Below, in pieces: positions 18,625 to 31,373 of a stretch of 64,000 nucleotides of DNA. The notes below the pieces were generated by a model that saw nothing but the letters and a program-made list of their open reading frames with translations, had not been told where the DNA came from and did not search any database. Source of the stretch: Azolla caroliniana (Eukaryota > Plantae > Polypodiophyta); the NCBI GenBank assembly GCA_043228905.1, contig JBHGNT010000012.1, positions 15,872,001-15,936,000 on the forward strand, written 5' to 3'. The stretch's first letter is position 1; each line of letters begins with the position of its first letter. The position numbers and the translations under genes were made by a program.

Positions 18625-21600
18625 TACTCCCTCTCAAACTTGGCAGGTCAGGGATCGTCAACCTGAGATTGGTCATGAAATGCCATAGCTTGTCGGCTCC
18701 TAAGGCTTTAGTGAAGATGTCGGCCGTTTGAAGATTGGTGCTAATGTGTTGTAGGTCGACATCGCCAGCTAGAACGTGCTCTCAGATGAAGTGATAGTGC
18801 ACTTCGATGTGGAACACCAGGTTCCGAGCCAGATAGATATTGCTCATGTTGTCGCAGTAAAGGGAAGTCATATCCTTGATGGGTACGCCCAGATCCTTGA
18901 GTATCCTTTTGAGCCATACGGCTTCACATGCGGCCATTGCCGCGCCCCTATATTCCGCCTCTGTGCTCGAAAGAGCTATGGTTGGTTGCTTTTTGTTGTT
19001 CCAAGATATTGCTCTGCTGCCGAGGGAAAAGACAAATCCGGAGGTTGATCCTCTATCGACTTTGTAGCCGGCCCAATCGGCGTCTGTGTACCCCTCGAGT
19101 CGTATTGGCATCACAGTCTTGTAGAGGATGCCACAATCCATTGTGCCGCTCACGTATCGTAGAACTCGCTTAGCGCAATCCAAGTGAGTATCACGCGGTG
19201 TTTGCATGAATTGGCTAAGGAGACTGACCGGATAACTGAGATCGGGTCGTGTGATCGTAAGGTAGATGAGACTCCCGATGAGTTGTCGATACTAGGTCGG
19301 CTCACACGCTTTGGTGCCAGAGTTCACATCTAGTTTGAGACTGCGATTGAGCGGGGTTGCCGTGGATTTGCACTCAGCCATGCCGAACTTGTATAACAAG
19401 TTGAGGATGTAGTGCCATTGAGAGATCATGATGCCGACCGGAGTCCGAATTACCTCGATGCCAAGGAAGTAGTGGAGCTCATGTCCGTCATCTCGAACTT
19501 GTTGGAAAGGAGGGATTTGACCTTATTGATTTCGACGTGATGCTCACCTCCAATGACTAGGTCATCCACATATAGGATGATGACGATCGAACTTGCAGAA
19601 TCACTTCGTATGTAGAGGGAGTTGTCTGATTTTGACATACAGAAGCCGATTTGATGAAGATATTGTGTTATCTTCGAATGCCAAGCATGCAGTGCTTGCT
19701 TGAGGCCGTAGAGTGGCTTCTTGAGTCGGCATACAACTTTCGGATGGCTGCTCGAGTTGAAGCCGGGTGGTTGTATCATGTACACCTCCTATTCTAATTC
19801 ACCTTGTAGAAAGGCGTTCTTGACATCCATTTGATTGAGGTGCCACGCTTTCACCGCGGCAAGCGCAATTACGGTGCGTACCGTCGTAATCTTTGTCACC
19901 GAGGCAAAGGTCTCCTCATAGTCAACTCCGTGCATTTGAGCGTAGCCTTTCGCTACGAGTCGCGCTTTGTAGCGGTTGACGGAACCGTTGGCCTTGTACT
20001 TCACTTTGTAAATCCATCTGCATCCTATCGCCTTTTTGGGCGGTGAGGTGGGAACGAGATCCCACGTCTCGTTCTTGCCTAATTCTTGCATCTCCTCGTT
20101 CATGGCTTTGATCCATCGCGGATCCTTGGCTGCTTCAGAAAAGGTTTCCGGCTCCCGTACTGTTGCTACCTTCATCATAAAGGCGTAATGGTACGCCATA
20201 TAATCGTTGTAGCCGATTCGGCTTACGGGGTTCTTTTCACAGGTGGATCGGCAAAGCTTTTCATTTGCAGAGATGAGGGCTTTCTTAGCTTTGATTGGTA
20301 CCCCGAAACCGTCGAACTCACTATCGAGTGAGTGAGTCGACTCATCGTCGTCGAAGCGATCGTTTGCGTATTCATCCATTTTCGCCTTGCCTTTGTCCAT
20401 CTTAGGGCTAGGCCATGATGTGCTTTGATCGCTCAAAGGCTCTTGTGGTCCGCTTAGTCAAGTCGTGATCAAACTTTCTTCGAACATGCACATAAGGTTA
20501 TCTTCATCCTCTATCTCTTGTTCGGCGGACTCCGGGTCAAGCGGAGTCGGAGTCGAGGTTGTCTCTGGTGCATACTAGGATGCAAACTCGTCGTAAACGA
20601 CGTCTCGACTTACTCGAGATTTTCGAGTTGAGGGGTTGTAGCACTTGTACCCCTTTTGCTCCAATGAGTATCCTACGAGGATACATTTCTCTAACTTTGG
20701 TACAAGCTTTTGATGCTTCTTGTCGGGGATGTGCACGTACGCTATTGTGCCAAATATCAGGGTGTGCGATAAGTCCGACTTCTTTCCGAAGTATTTTTCG
20801 TGCAGAGTGACCTCGTGCACGCCGGATGTTGTGCATCGGTTCATTGGGTAGATGACCGTATTTGAAGCTTCGGCCCAATATGACTTGGGCATATGCTTCT
20901 CGTTCATCATGGCCCGTGCTACTTCGAGGATGTGCCGATTTTTGCGCTCGGCTGCTCCGTTTTGTTGCGGAGTGTGCCGGCAAGTGAATTCTCGCCGAAT
21001 TCCTTCCTTTCGGAGATACACCGTGAAATCATCCGAGAAGAACTCCTTGCCGCCATCCGATCGAAGACAACATACATGCCGGCCCGTGGCTTTCTTGACT
21101 TCATTCTTGAATGTTTGGAAGTGTTCGAACACTTCGCTCTTTTGCTGCATCGGGTAGATCCAAGTGTGCTTGTAGAAGTCGTCGATGAAGAGCACGTAAT
21201 ATCGGCATCCGCTGAATGTAGCCGTCTGCGCCGGTCCCCATATGTTGGAATAGACTACGTCAAGTAGACCTTTCCTCACGTTCCGCTCTTTCGGGAATGG
21301 GTGTCGGTGTTGCTAGCCGAATTGGCACGCTTCGCATACACCTTCAATCTCCTTCTCTTTGAATGTCGGGAGTCCGATGACGACTCCTTTCGATTTCATT
21401 GCTTTGAGTTTGTTGAGATTGATGTGGCCGATTCGCTTGTGCCATAGCTCTATGTTGGAGTTGGCTTTCGTGCTTTTTGCGAACATGGCAGATTTGATCT
21501 CGCGTGAATCGAGAATGAACATTCGGCCCTCTCCTCTTCCGCGTGCTATGATTCGGCCTTCTTTTTCGATGAAGCATCCTTCTTGGTCAAATCGTACTTG

Positions 21601-22868
21601 CATCCCTTGCTCAACCATTTGGCCGACCGAGACCAAATTCTTCGTGATGGTGGGAACATGCAAGACATTTTTAATGTATGTTTGCTTACCTCTTTCGTCG
21701 AACGGAACATTGTCGATGTGCCAAATCGGGTGCATAGTGTCATCTCTGGTTTCGACATAACCGGGTCGCTCCGGCTCTCGAAGTTCGAGAAACCATTCTT
21801 TATGGGATATCATATGGTTTGAGGTTCCGGAGTCAACAAATCATACGTCCTCCGGATTGAGGGCACTAGTTGAGGTAGAGGCCGACATAGAGTTTGCTCT
21901 ATGTTTCATCATGAACATTCCGCCACGGTCGGCGTTGCGTGCATATATTCCGCCACGATCTTCGTAGTCGAAGTTGTGCCCGTACATTCCGCTATACTCT
22001 TCGTAGTCGGAGTTGTGCGCGTAATTCGTGAGTTGTCGGCTTATGGAAGCCGATTCACGCATATTCTTTCGGCACTCTTCTTCGTGGTGGCCGAGCTTTC
22101 CGCAATATCCGCATTCGGTTGCGTTTTGACGGCTCGGGCCGGAGTGAAAGCTCCCCGTTCTTGCGAAGGTTCCTCGTTGGCTTCCGTTTTGCGGCGGAAA
22201 TTGGGAGTTGTTATCGTAGGTCAGACCTCGTCCGCGTCCTCTCTCTCCGTTCGAGTGCGTGTAGAGCATGTGGCTTTCCAACTCATTGCTCCTTGTACGC
22301 ACATGGTTTTCTTCGACCAATAACATTGATTGGAGCTCGAAGAAGGAGGGAGATTTCTCACGTGCTAGAACGGCGGTTCGCATCGCGCCGAACCGTGGTG
22401 CAAGGTCGCCGAGGCATATTTGAACCATCTCATCATCATCGATGTTTACGCTTATTGAGCCGAGTGAATCGCAAAGCTCCTTGATCTTTGAGGTGTATGT
22501 TGTAATGGACATGTCCCTTTGTTGAATGTTGTTGAATTCTTGGCGTAGTTGAAGCCTTCTTGCGGTTGTGTTCGCCGCGAAAATCTTTTGTAGATTTTCC
22601 CATGCCTCCTTGGGTGTCTTGGCTTCGTGAATGTAGCCGAGCACATGATCGTGAACACATGTGACAAGCAATACATCACGGGGCTTGCGGCTTGCTCCCA
22701 TGTCGCGTATTCGGGAGCCGCTTCGGCGGGTCGGTCTTCATGCGCTCCTTTGATGCAGCTCCAATAGCCTTGTCCGACAAGGTATTGGTGCATCTTGTAC
22801 TCCCAAGATGCGAAGTTGTTTCGATCCAACTTCTCGGTAGGGAGAGAAATCCCCATTTGAGTATTCAT
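18625..22868 (-). pseudogene. pol: Copia B gag-pol, broken
   Basis: LPTEKLDRNNFASW gag start, CGYCGKLGHHEEEC, IN, RT YVDD and RH motifs across many interrupted ORFs. Confidence 0.92.
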
Positions 22869-23027
22869 TATGTCAATTCTTCTTCTTCTTCTTCTCTCTT
22901 CAAATGCGAGCTATGTAGCGAAGCTACGATAGCGATGAGCCGGTTCTTGGTTGTCGGCGTGGAGCACAACACACGATCACGATGAGGTGAATGGGCTAGA
23001 TCGAGCTACCAAATCGCTCTGATACCA

Positions 23028-23416
23028 TGTAAAGAATCGGGTATGATTCTTGTGAAGCGGAAGAGATGTGAGTTATGTGTGTGTGTATGAGAGAGAGAGA
23101 GTGAGAGAGACAAGGAATAAGACACAGAGAATACGCAAGGTAAAAGTATATTAACAAAGGAGAAAGACTCAACATTATACTAGGAGGGAGGAGGGTGCTT
23201 TATATAGTCACCCTCTCTCTTCATTAACTACAAGACTCATGGAGCATGGGGAATGTGAAAGCTCATAAGTTATGTGTCATAGAATATGATTCTATGACTC
23301 ATACGAAATGCTAGAATACAAAGTGTTGACATAATGGTGACTCTTGACCGGTGGAGTGTCTATTCACTCTCAAGGTGAGTTCACACACTAGACCAAGTTG
23401 AGCTTGATTCTCAACA
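23028..23416 (-). repeat. 5' LTR of Copia B
   Basis: Abuts the tRNA-iMet PBS. Confidence 0.92.
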
Positions 23417-23463
23417 CCAGACTTTTTCACTTTTTCACTTAGTAGACATGCCACATCACGACA

Positions 23464-23644
23464 ACGTCAATATCCAACAAGTGGTATTAGAGTGACTTGA
23501 AGTTTGGCAGCAACAACATAAATTTGAGAAGAGAAGAATCGGTTGAAGGAAAGGACCAGGTCAACAAATCTAACTTCCTATAGAACATGGCTTCAACATC
23601 CGGCACAGGAGTGGAAATCCGGAAGTTCGACGACAAGAACTTTG
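23464..23644 (+). mobile_element. Copia D fragment: LTR end, PBS, gag start (host of Gypsy #2)
   Basis: ...TCCAACA, then AG TGGTATTAGAGT, then ATG 23587 MASTSGTGVEIRKFDDKNF. Confidence 0.6.
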
Positions 23645-25515
23645 TGTTGGGAAACAAGTCCCTTTGGATGGGAAAAGTGGGAGTCGAATCAGGTGGAGTC
23701 GATGGGTAATTCGGCCGAGGCCGAAAACCGAAATCGAAAATCGATTATATAACCGATTTGGGAGACTATATTTGTAAATAGTCTAAATTTGCCCCATGTG
23801 GGCTATATTTGTAAATAGCCAGAAAGTTGTATAAGTATAAATACAACTAGGGCAAAATTTATGAGTAGGTTGAATCATTAGTTGATTATAGTTGTATAGT
23901 TTGAGAAGGTAGTTGCCTCTGTAATGAGACATGAGTGAGAGAGTGAAGGAGTGTGTAACTCTGTTGTTGTCAGTCGATGAAGAAGAGGTCAAGGTCATTT
24001 CCTTGAATCCTTTTGTTGTACTCCTTCCCTTATAGTGATTAGGTTCGGAGTATGTGGATTCCACGTGTTTATTTCCCATTCGGGTTTTCCACGTTAAATA
24101 TCTGGTGTCTCTCAGTTTTTCGTTTTTTCTATTTTCTTTTTGTGCACTATCTTACTCGACTCTTTGCACCCAAATATATGTACGAGAAACCGGTTGTAGC
24201 CGGTTACGATCCCCAAAAAGTGGTACCAGAGCGATGGACAAATATTTCGATGGAATGTTCAAGTTAACCGGCTCCAACTATTCAGTGTGGAAGTCGAAGA
24301 TGCGGGATATGCTCACGTGCAAAGACTTGTGGTTGCCAGTGCAATACGGAAAACGAAGACAGACAAGATCGATGCATCGACTTGGGAAGTCATGCATGTC
24401 AAGTCGACTTCATATATAAGGTGTTTTATAGACATGAGTCTATACAACAACTTTGATGAAGAGGCAAGTGTTGGCGTCCTCTGGAAGAAGATTCGCGTAA
24501 TGGTCGAGAACAAGAATGTCGTGAACAAAGTCTCAATTTTCAAAAAAGTTGCGAGACTCCATATCAAGACGGTATTAGCACGGTGGAGCATATAAATGCC
24601 TTCCAAGGACTGATGAATAAAACCACCTCTCTAGAAGTAACTCTTGTCGACGAGGTATTAACACTGTTGCTGATGGGATCCCTTCCGGATAACTGGGAAA
24701 CACTCGTTGTCACATTGGGCAATACCAGACCGAACTGGAAGCATCTATCCCTAGAGAAGGTGAAGTCAACCTTACTAAAAGAGGAAGCTCGCTAGAAGGA
24801 CCGAGAGTCCATTGCCGACCCAAAGGCCTTAGTCAGGGAAAGTGACATGAATTGAGGAAGAGGTCGGAATTGAAGTCCCTAGAATCAAGATAAGTTGGGG
24901 ACAAGGTCGAAGTCGAGGGGAAGGCCCATGTGCATCTATTGTGGGAAGCCATGCCACTTCTAGAAGAATTGCCGACACTTTCGAAAAGAAAAGGGGGGGG
25001 AGGGGGGGTGACAGTGTGTAGCCAAAGAAGATCTCGGACAACAAGAACACTTTGGTGATTGAGACAAGTGAGGAGGAGTTGTTGCTCATCAGTGAGCAAA
25101 ACAAAGTGAACCTTGTCGGCGATGAATCGACATGGGTGGTTGATTCGGGTGCATCATTCCACCTAACCCCCGACCGGAAATGCTTCTCTTCTTATAGAGT
25201 TGGAGATCTCAGATCTATGAAGATGGGGAATGAAGGAGCATGCCTAATCGTCGACATTGGAGATGTGTGCTTGACAACGTCAACTAGGTGCATACTTTTG
25301 TTGAGAGACGTAAGACACGTTCCAGAAGTTCGATTGGACGTGATATCAGTTGGTTGACTGGATGATGAAGGCTACACGGGTGGCATCCGGAATGGAGTCA
25401 TGAAGTTCTGCAAAGGGAACTTGATTGTGGCCCGAGCCAGGAAAACCAACACATTGTATTTGATGCATGCTCAATTATGCCGAAATGAGGTAAACGTGAC
25501 AACCGACATAGCCAG
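23645..25515 (+). mobile_element. Copia E: 5' LTR (23645-24218), PBS, decayed gag-protease, truncated before integrase
   Basis: TGTTGGG start, PBS TGGTACCAGAGC at 24221, ATG at 24234, MFKLTGSNYSVWKSKMRD and WVVDSGASFH motifs. Confidence 0.85.
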
Positions 25516-25741
25516 AGAAGAACAAGGCGGATCGGAGTGATCCGGAATGATATCCGGAAGGGGTCTGGCTCGATCCTGTATGAACTGGAAGAGAGACAAA
25601 TTTGTAAATATGTTTCTTATGGGCCATTGAGGCCACATTTGTAAATAGCCCGTAAGTTGTATGAGTATAAATATAACTAGGCCAAATGGGTAGGTAGTGT
25701 TGTTGTTATTATCATTATCATTGTACACACACACACATAGA
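25516..25741 (+). repeat. Copia E/F/G-type LTR fragment
   Basis: ATTTGTAAATAGCC...GTATAAATATAACTAGG matches the LTR core at 23770-23855 and 27320-27410. Confidence 0.65.
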
Positions 25742-27059
25742 GAGAGAGAGAGAGAGAAAGAAAGAAATATTAATGTCTTCTAAGGCCAAAATTGGCCCAT
25801 GAGACAAATGGTTTACAACAAAAAATGGGATATTTACCCATTCATCGAAAGTAAAAAATAAAAATAAAAATAGAGTTTTAAGCTAAATAGTTCTGGTAAA
25901 ATAACAAACATGTTCTACAATGAAAATGATGTTATACTAAGACTAATTTCATTTCCATCCAAGTCTCTCGAAGAGAAGCAGGAGGTCAAAGGGTTTCGAT
26001 GTGGATGTGGCCTGTGGCCCTAATGTAAAAGGTACCCCAACCATAGCTTCTAGTCGACGTAGCTCACGTTCCCTTATCTTCTTAATCCTTTCTACTACGT
26101 GTCGACTTGTTTTGAAGCCCAACATCTGAGGGTGTTTGGTTGTTCTTTGCATTTCTTCTTCCTCAAGAGAGAGGCCGAGTGGCATAAGTGTATCCACATT
26201 CATCATTTCCCCTTGTTCCTAAAAAAATACACTAGTTACAAGTTGATTAATAGTAAAAGGGTTATTATGGTTAACACTTTGTAATTTATTCTCCCTATGT
26301 TGTTTTAGCTCTAAGATATACCTATCTAGTCTCTTTACATCCGGGGTATCTAATAGTTTGGAGAGGGTAGGAAAGGGTCCTAATATGTCTTGGTATTCCA
26401 CTCGTATCTCGGCATAAGTTGGGAACTTACATGTGAAGTGATACTTATCCTCTATCTCTATGTGGCACAACCTACATAGCCTTTCCTCTCTAGGGACTCT
26501 ATTAGCCAGACCATTCTCAATCTCAAGTTGGTGAGATTTGCTTCGGGGGCACTTGAGACAGTGCTTCTACTAACATCGGGGGCAGACTGAACTCTTCTCT
26601 AATAATGTCATGTGGTACTATTGATTTGCTTCGGAGTTGACGTGATAACATCGTCAACAAAGGTCTCTCTAATTGCGTCCACATGAAAGATGGTAGACAT
26701 GGAGCCCATACTACTGATGCATACATGAGGGAAGGGATCACTAATGAGTCGAAGAGCCATCCCTTGTCCGTGGCTCTTGAAAGTATGCTTGGTGGCATTG
26801 TCTCTCTAAGAGGGATGCATACCCTCTCATTAGCCTATCTTTGGCTGCTGGGTCATCGAGAATTTACCTGAGCGAGCACTAAAAGTGACTCCCAAGTATA
26901 CATATGATCCAACTACCTCAACTAGTTTATGAGAGAAGATTAGGTGACATTTACTCCCAACTCGGGACGATGTATGAAAGATAAGGACTTTAGTTTTTGC
27001 TAGATTCACTAACAGTCCTCGTTGTGTACAAAAGTCAACTAGGGCATTAAGATGCTTTT

Positions 27060-27773
27060 TGTTAGGATCTCGGTCCCTCCGGATGGGATACGAAGGCCTG
27101 ACATCGGAAGACCCGGTGAAAACCAGACGACGAGTACCCGGCAAGGAAGACCCTGTGAGAACCGGATGTTGCAGGCCTGGCATCAGAAGACCCGGTGAGA
27201 ACCGGATGACGAGTACCCGGCAAGGAAGACCCGGTGAGAACCGGATGACGAGTACCCGGCAAGGAAGACCCGGTGAGAACCGGATGTTGCAGGCCCAGTG
27301 TGAACCTCTCACCGGATGAAGGGACATATATGTAGATATGTTTCCAAGAGCCCATTGGGGCTATATCTATAAATAGTCCTAATGTCATATTAGTATAAAT
27401 GTGACCTAGGGCGAACAATGTTGATATAGTTGCTGTTATTATCTTCATATAGTGTAATTTGGTGTAACGACTATACAGAGAGAGAGAGAGAGAGCGATAC
27501 AGAGCATGTCTCTGTTGTAACCGCCGCCAGGCGAAGATCGTGAGCAGGAGGTCGTTGCCTCTGTGCTCCCAGTTGTACTCATTGGCATAGTGATAGTTTG
27601 GAGTCTGTGGAGTCCCTTGGTTTTTCCCTCTCGGGGGTTTTCCACGTTAACATCCTGTGTATTCTCTTTCTGTTCGTGTACTTACCTCCATTCCCATTTC
27701 TTCTGTGTTTGATTGTCATCAAGTGATCTACGATTTGGTTGTGGCCGGAGATTATTTCGCATATTTCTTGACA
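27060..27773 (+). repeat. 5' LTR of Copia F with five ~39-bp U3 repeats
   Basis: TGTTAGGA...TCTTGACA, with GAAGACCCGGTGAGAACCGGA units at ~27105-27300. Confidence 0.92.
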
Positions 27774-27805
27774 AAGTGGTATCAAAGCGAAACGACAAAG
27801 AAAAA

Positions 27806-30758
27806 TGGACGATTCGTTGGGAGGCATGTTTAAGCTCACCAACTCCAACTACTGAGTGTGGAAGTCGAAGATGAGGGACATGCTCGTTGTTAAAGATCTT
27901 TGGTTGCCGGTTCAGTTCGGGGACAAGAGACCGGACAAAATCGATGCCACGATATGGGAGGTGATGCACATGAAGACAATGGCGTACATACGGTGCTTCA
28001 TCGAAATGAGTCTATACATCAACTTCAATGAAGAGAGCAAGGCTCATGAGCTCTGGGAGAACAAAAATGTTTCAGAACAAAAATGTTGTTAATCAGGTTT
28101 TGGTATTTCGGAAGCTGGTAAGACTCCGGTACCAAGATGGCTCCAGCATGGCGGAGCACATGAATGCCTTCCAGGGGCTGATCCACCAGGCAACATCATT
28201 GGAAGTACCTCTCGCCGATGAGGTACTAGCACTACTCCTGCTCGGTTCCCTCCCTGATAGCTGGGAGACATTGGTTGTCACTTTGGGTAACGCCGGGTCG
28301 GCAGGGAAACGGTTATCCCTAGCAAGAGTGAAGTCGAGCTTGCTAGATGAGGAGGCACATCGGAAAGACAAGGATATGAGCTCCGACTCCAAAGTGCTCC
28401 TTACCGAATCGGAACGCGGAAGACAAAGGAACCGTAGTCCCCAGAACCGGGAAAAGTCGGGGACACGGTCAAAGCCAAGGGGGAGGCCTACTTGGTTCTA
28501 TTGCGGCAAGACGGGATACTTCCAGAAGAACTGTCGGCACTTCCGAAAAGACAAGGAAACTGACGGTACCGATTCAAAGCGGACACGAGACCGGAGGGGA
28601 CCGGACCCGAAGGGAATGACGACAATCGCGGCAAGTGAAGAAGAGTTGATGCTCATCATCGAGGAGAGTGAGTTGAACCTTGCTAGCGACGACACAACGT
28701 GGGTTGTTGATTCCGGAGCGTCATTCCACCTTACCCCGGACCGGAAATACTTCTCATCCTACACAACTGGTGATCACGGCTGTGTCTGGATGGGGAATGA
28801 AGGTACATGCCGAATTGTCGGTATAGGAGATGTGTGGTTGACAACACCAACCGGATGCAAGTTGTTGCTGAAGGACGTCCGACACGTTCCAGAGGTTCGA
28901 CTAAACCTGATATCAGCCGGTCGGCTAGATGATGAAGGCTACACGGGTAGCATCCGGAACAGAGTCATGAAATTCAGCAAAGGGAGCCTAATAGTGGCTC
29001 GGGCCCGGAAGGTAGAAGAAGTAGAGGAAGCTGAAACCGGAACCGGCCAAGACCCTGAATCGGATTTGGATGAAGAACAAATAGAGGAGCTGGTTGCCGA
29101 AAGCCAAAGACGGAGATATCCTCTCAGAGAGAGAAGGCCCTCCCGGACATTTCCGGATGCAGAGCATATGCTGCTGACCAATGAGGGGGAGCCCGAAAGC
29201 TTCGAAGAAGCGAAGGATGACACCCATAGCCACAAGTGGTTGAGTGCCATGTAGGACGAGATGGAGTCCCTGCATGAGAACCACAAGTATGAATTGCTGG
29301 AGTTTCCGAAAGGAAAGAGGGCACTTCGAAGCAAGTGGGTGTACAAGTTGAAACCGGGAGATGCCAACAACCCTCCAAGGTACAAAGCCAGGATCGTGGT
29401 AAAGGGGTTCCAACAGAAGAAGGGCGTGGACTTCAACGAGATATTTGCCCCGGTAGTAAAGATGACTTCCATCCGGACGGTGCTGAGCATAGCGGCAAGC
29501 ATGGACCTTGAGGTAGAGCAATTAGACGTGAAGACGGCGTTCCTCCATGGCGACCTCGAAGAGGAGATCTACATGCAGCAACTGGAGGGATTTGTGAAGA
29601 AAGGGAAGGAGCACCTAGTTTGCCGGTTAAAAAAGAGCCTCTACGGGTTGAAGCAGGCTCCCCGGCAATGGTACCGGAAGTTCGATTTCTTCATGACCGA
29701 TCAAGGGTACCACAAGACGCAGGCCGATCACTACATATTTGTGAAGAAGTTCGAAGGTGGAGACTTCCTGATACTCCTCTTGTACGTGGACGACATGTTG
29801 ATCGTTGGACGAGACCAAGTCAAGATACGGATGCTGAGGAAGGCCCTGAACCGGACCTTCTCAATGAAAGACTTGGGTTCAGCAAGACAGATGCTGGGGA
29901 TGCATATCATCCGGGACCGGCCAACGAAGCAATTGTGGCTATCACAGGAGCAGTACGTGACAAAGGTGCTTCAGCGGTTCAACATGTCAGATGCGAAACC
30001 GGTCGGATCAACACTTCCGGCAAACTGCAGGTTATCCGGTAAGCAAAGCCCGAAGATGAAGGCAGAGAAGGCGGATATGATGAAGATACCATATGGCTCT
30101 ACTGTCGGGAGCCTAATGTACGTAATGGTGTGTACTTGACCGGATATCGGATATGCAGTCGGAGTGGTGAGTTGGTTTATGAGCAATAACGGCAAGGAGC
30201 ACTAGAATCCGGTAAAATGGATACTCCGATACTTGAAAGGCACTTCAAGTATGTGCCTCTAATTCGGCTTCGGTAAACCCAACTTGATGGTTTCACCGAT
30301 TCGGATATGTTGGCTGATGCGGATACCAACCGGTCAACATCCGGATATGTCATGACATATGCGGAGGGAGTTGTTTCGTGGCAATCGAGGCTGCAGAAGA
30401 CGGTTGCGTTGTCAACCACGGAAGCGGAGTACATGGCGGTTGTGGAAGCCGGCAAGGAAATACTATGTATGAAGGACTTCATCGAAGAGCTAGGGCTCTG
30501 ACATGAGGAATACCGGCTCTATTGCGATAGTCAAAGTGCCATCCACCTTATGAAGAACGCAACATATCATTCCAGGATGAAGCACATCCAGCGGAGGTAC
30601 CACTGGATTCGGGAGTGAGTGTAAGACCGAGAGTTCGTGCTGATGAAGATCCACATGGAGGAGAACGGGTCAGATATGTTGACCAAGGTGCTGACACCCG
30701 ATAAACTAGACGCATGCCGGAAGCGGATCGGATTGACGAGGCATCCCATACCGGAGTG
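27806..30758 (+). pseudogene. pol: Copia F gag-PR fused to RT-RH
   Basis: ORFs 28028..29254 and 29261..30139. The junction LIVARARK|VEEVEEAET skips the integrase. Confidence 0.9.
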
Positions 30759-30769
30759 AAGGGGGAGTT

Positions 30770-31368
30770 TGTTAGGATCTCGGTCCCTCCGGATGGGATA
30801 CGAAGGCTCAGAATCGGAAGACCCGGTGAGAGCCGGATGTTGCAGGCCCGACATCGGAAGACCCGGTGAGAACCGGATGTTGTAGGCCCGGTGAGAACCT
30901 CTCACCGGATGAAGGGACATATATGTAGATATGTTTCTGAGAGCCCATTGGGGCTATATCTGTAAATAGTCCTAATGTCATATTAGTATAAATGTGAACT
31001 AGGGCAAATAGTGTTGATATAGTTGTTGTTATTATCTTTGTATAGTGTAATTTGGTGTAACGAGTGTACAGAGAGAGAGAGAGAGAGAACGATATAGAGC
31101 ATGTCTCTGTTGTAACCGCCGCCAGGCGAAGATCATGAGCAAGAGGTCGTTGCCTCTGTGCTCCCTGTTGTACTCATTGACATAGTCATAGTTTGGAGTC
31201 TGTGGACTCCTGTGGTTTTTCCCTCTCGGGGGTTTTCCACGTTAACATCCTGTGTATTCTCTTTCTGTTCGTGTACTTACCTCCATTCCCATTTCTTCTG
31301 TGTTTGATTGTCATCAACTGATCTACACTTTGGTTGTGGCCGGAGATTATTCCTCATATTTCTTGACA
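30770..31368 (+). repeat. 3' LTR of Copia F with two U3 repeats
   Basis: Direct repeat of 27060-27773, 115 bp shorter. Confidence 0.92.
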
Positions 31369-31373
31369 CTTTT

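Larger units (their letters stand above)
12098..23416 (-). mobile_element. Ty1/Copia element B, full length, decayed; interrupted by chromovirus
   Basis: LTRs 12098-12511 and 23028-23416, TSD CCAAA/CCAGA, PBS TGGTATCAGAGC (23016-23027), gag-PR-IN-RT-RH on the minus strand. Confidence 0.93.
9032..23463 (-). mobile_element. Gypsy-type element #2 (tRNA-Trp primed), non-autonomous, ~2.2-kb internal region; both LTRs interrupted by Copia elements
   Basis: Left LTR remnant 9032-9289 ends GCCACATCACGACA, followed by PPT (minus GGTGGGGGTAGA). PBS at 11471-11488. Right LTR is 11495-12097 plus 23417-23463, with the same end motif. Confidence 0.78.
27060..31368 (+). mobile_element. Copia F, integrase-deleted (4.3 kb)
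   Basis: LTRs 27060-27773 and 30770-31368, perfect TSD CTTTT, PBS TGGTATCAAAGC, PPT GAAGGGGGAG. Confidence 0.93.

Noticed and set aside
27100-27320. CRISPR-like repeat/spacer pattern
   Set aside because: The linkers are themselves repeated, the array lies inside a Copia LTR and there are no cas genes.
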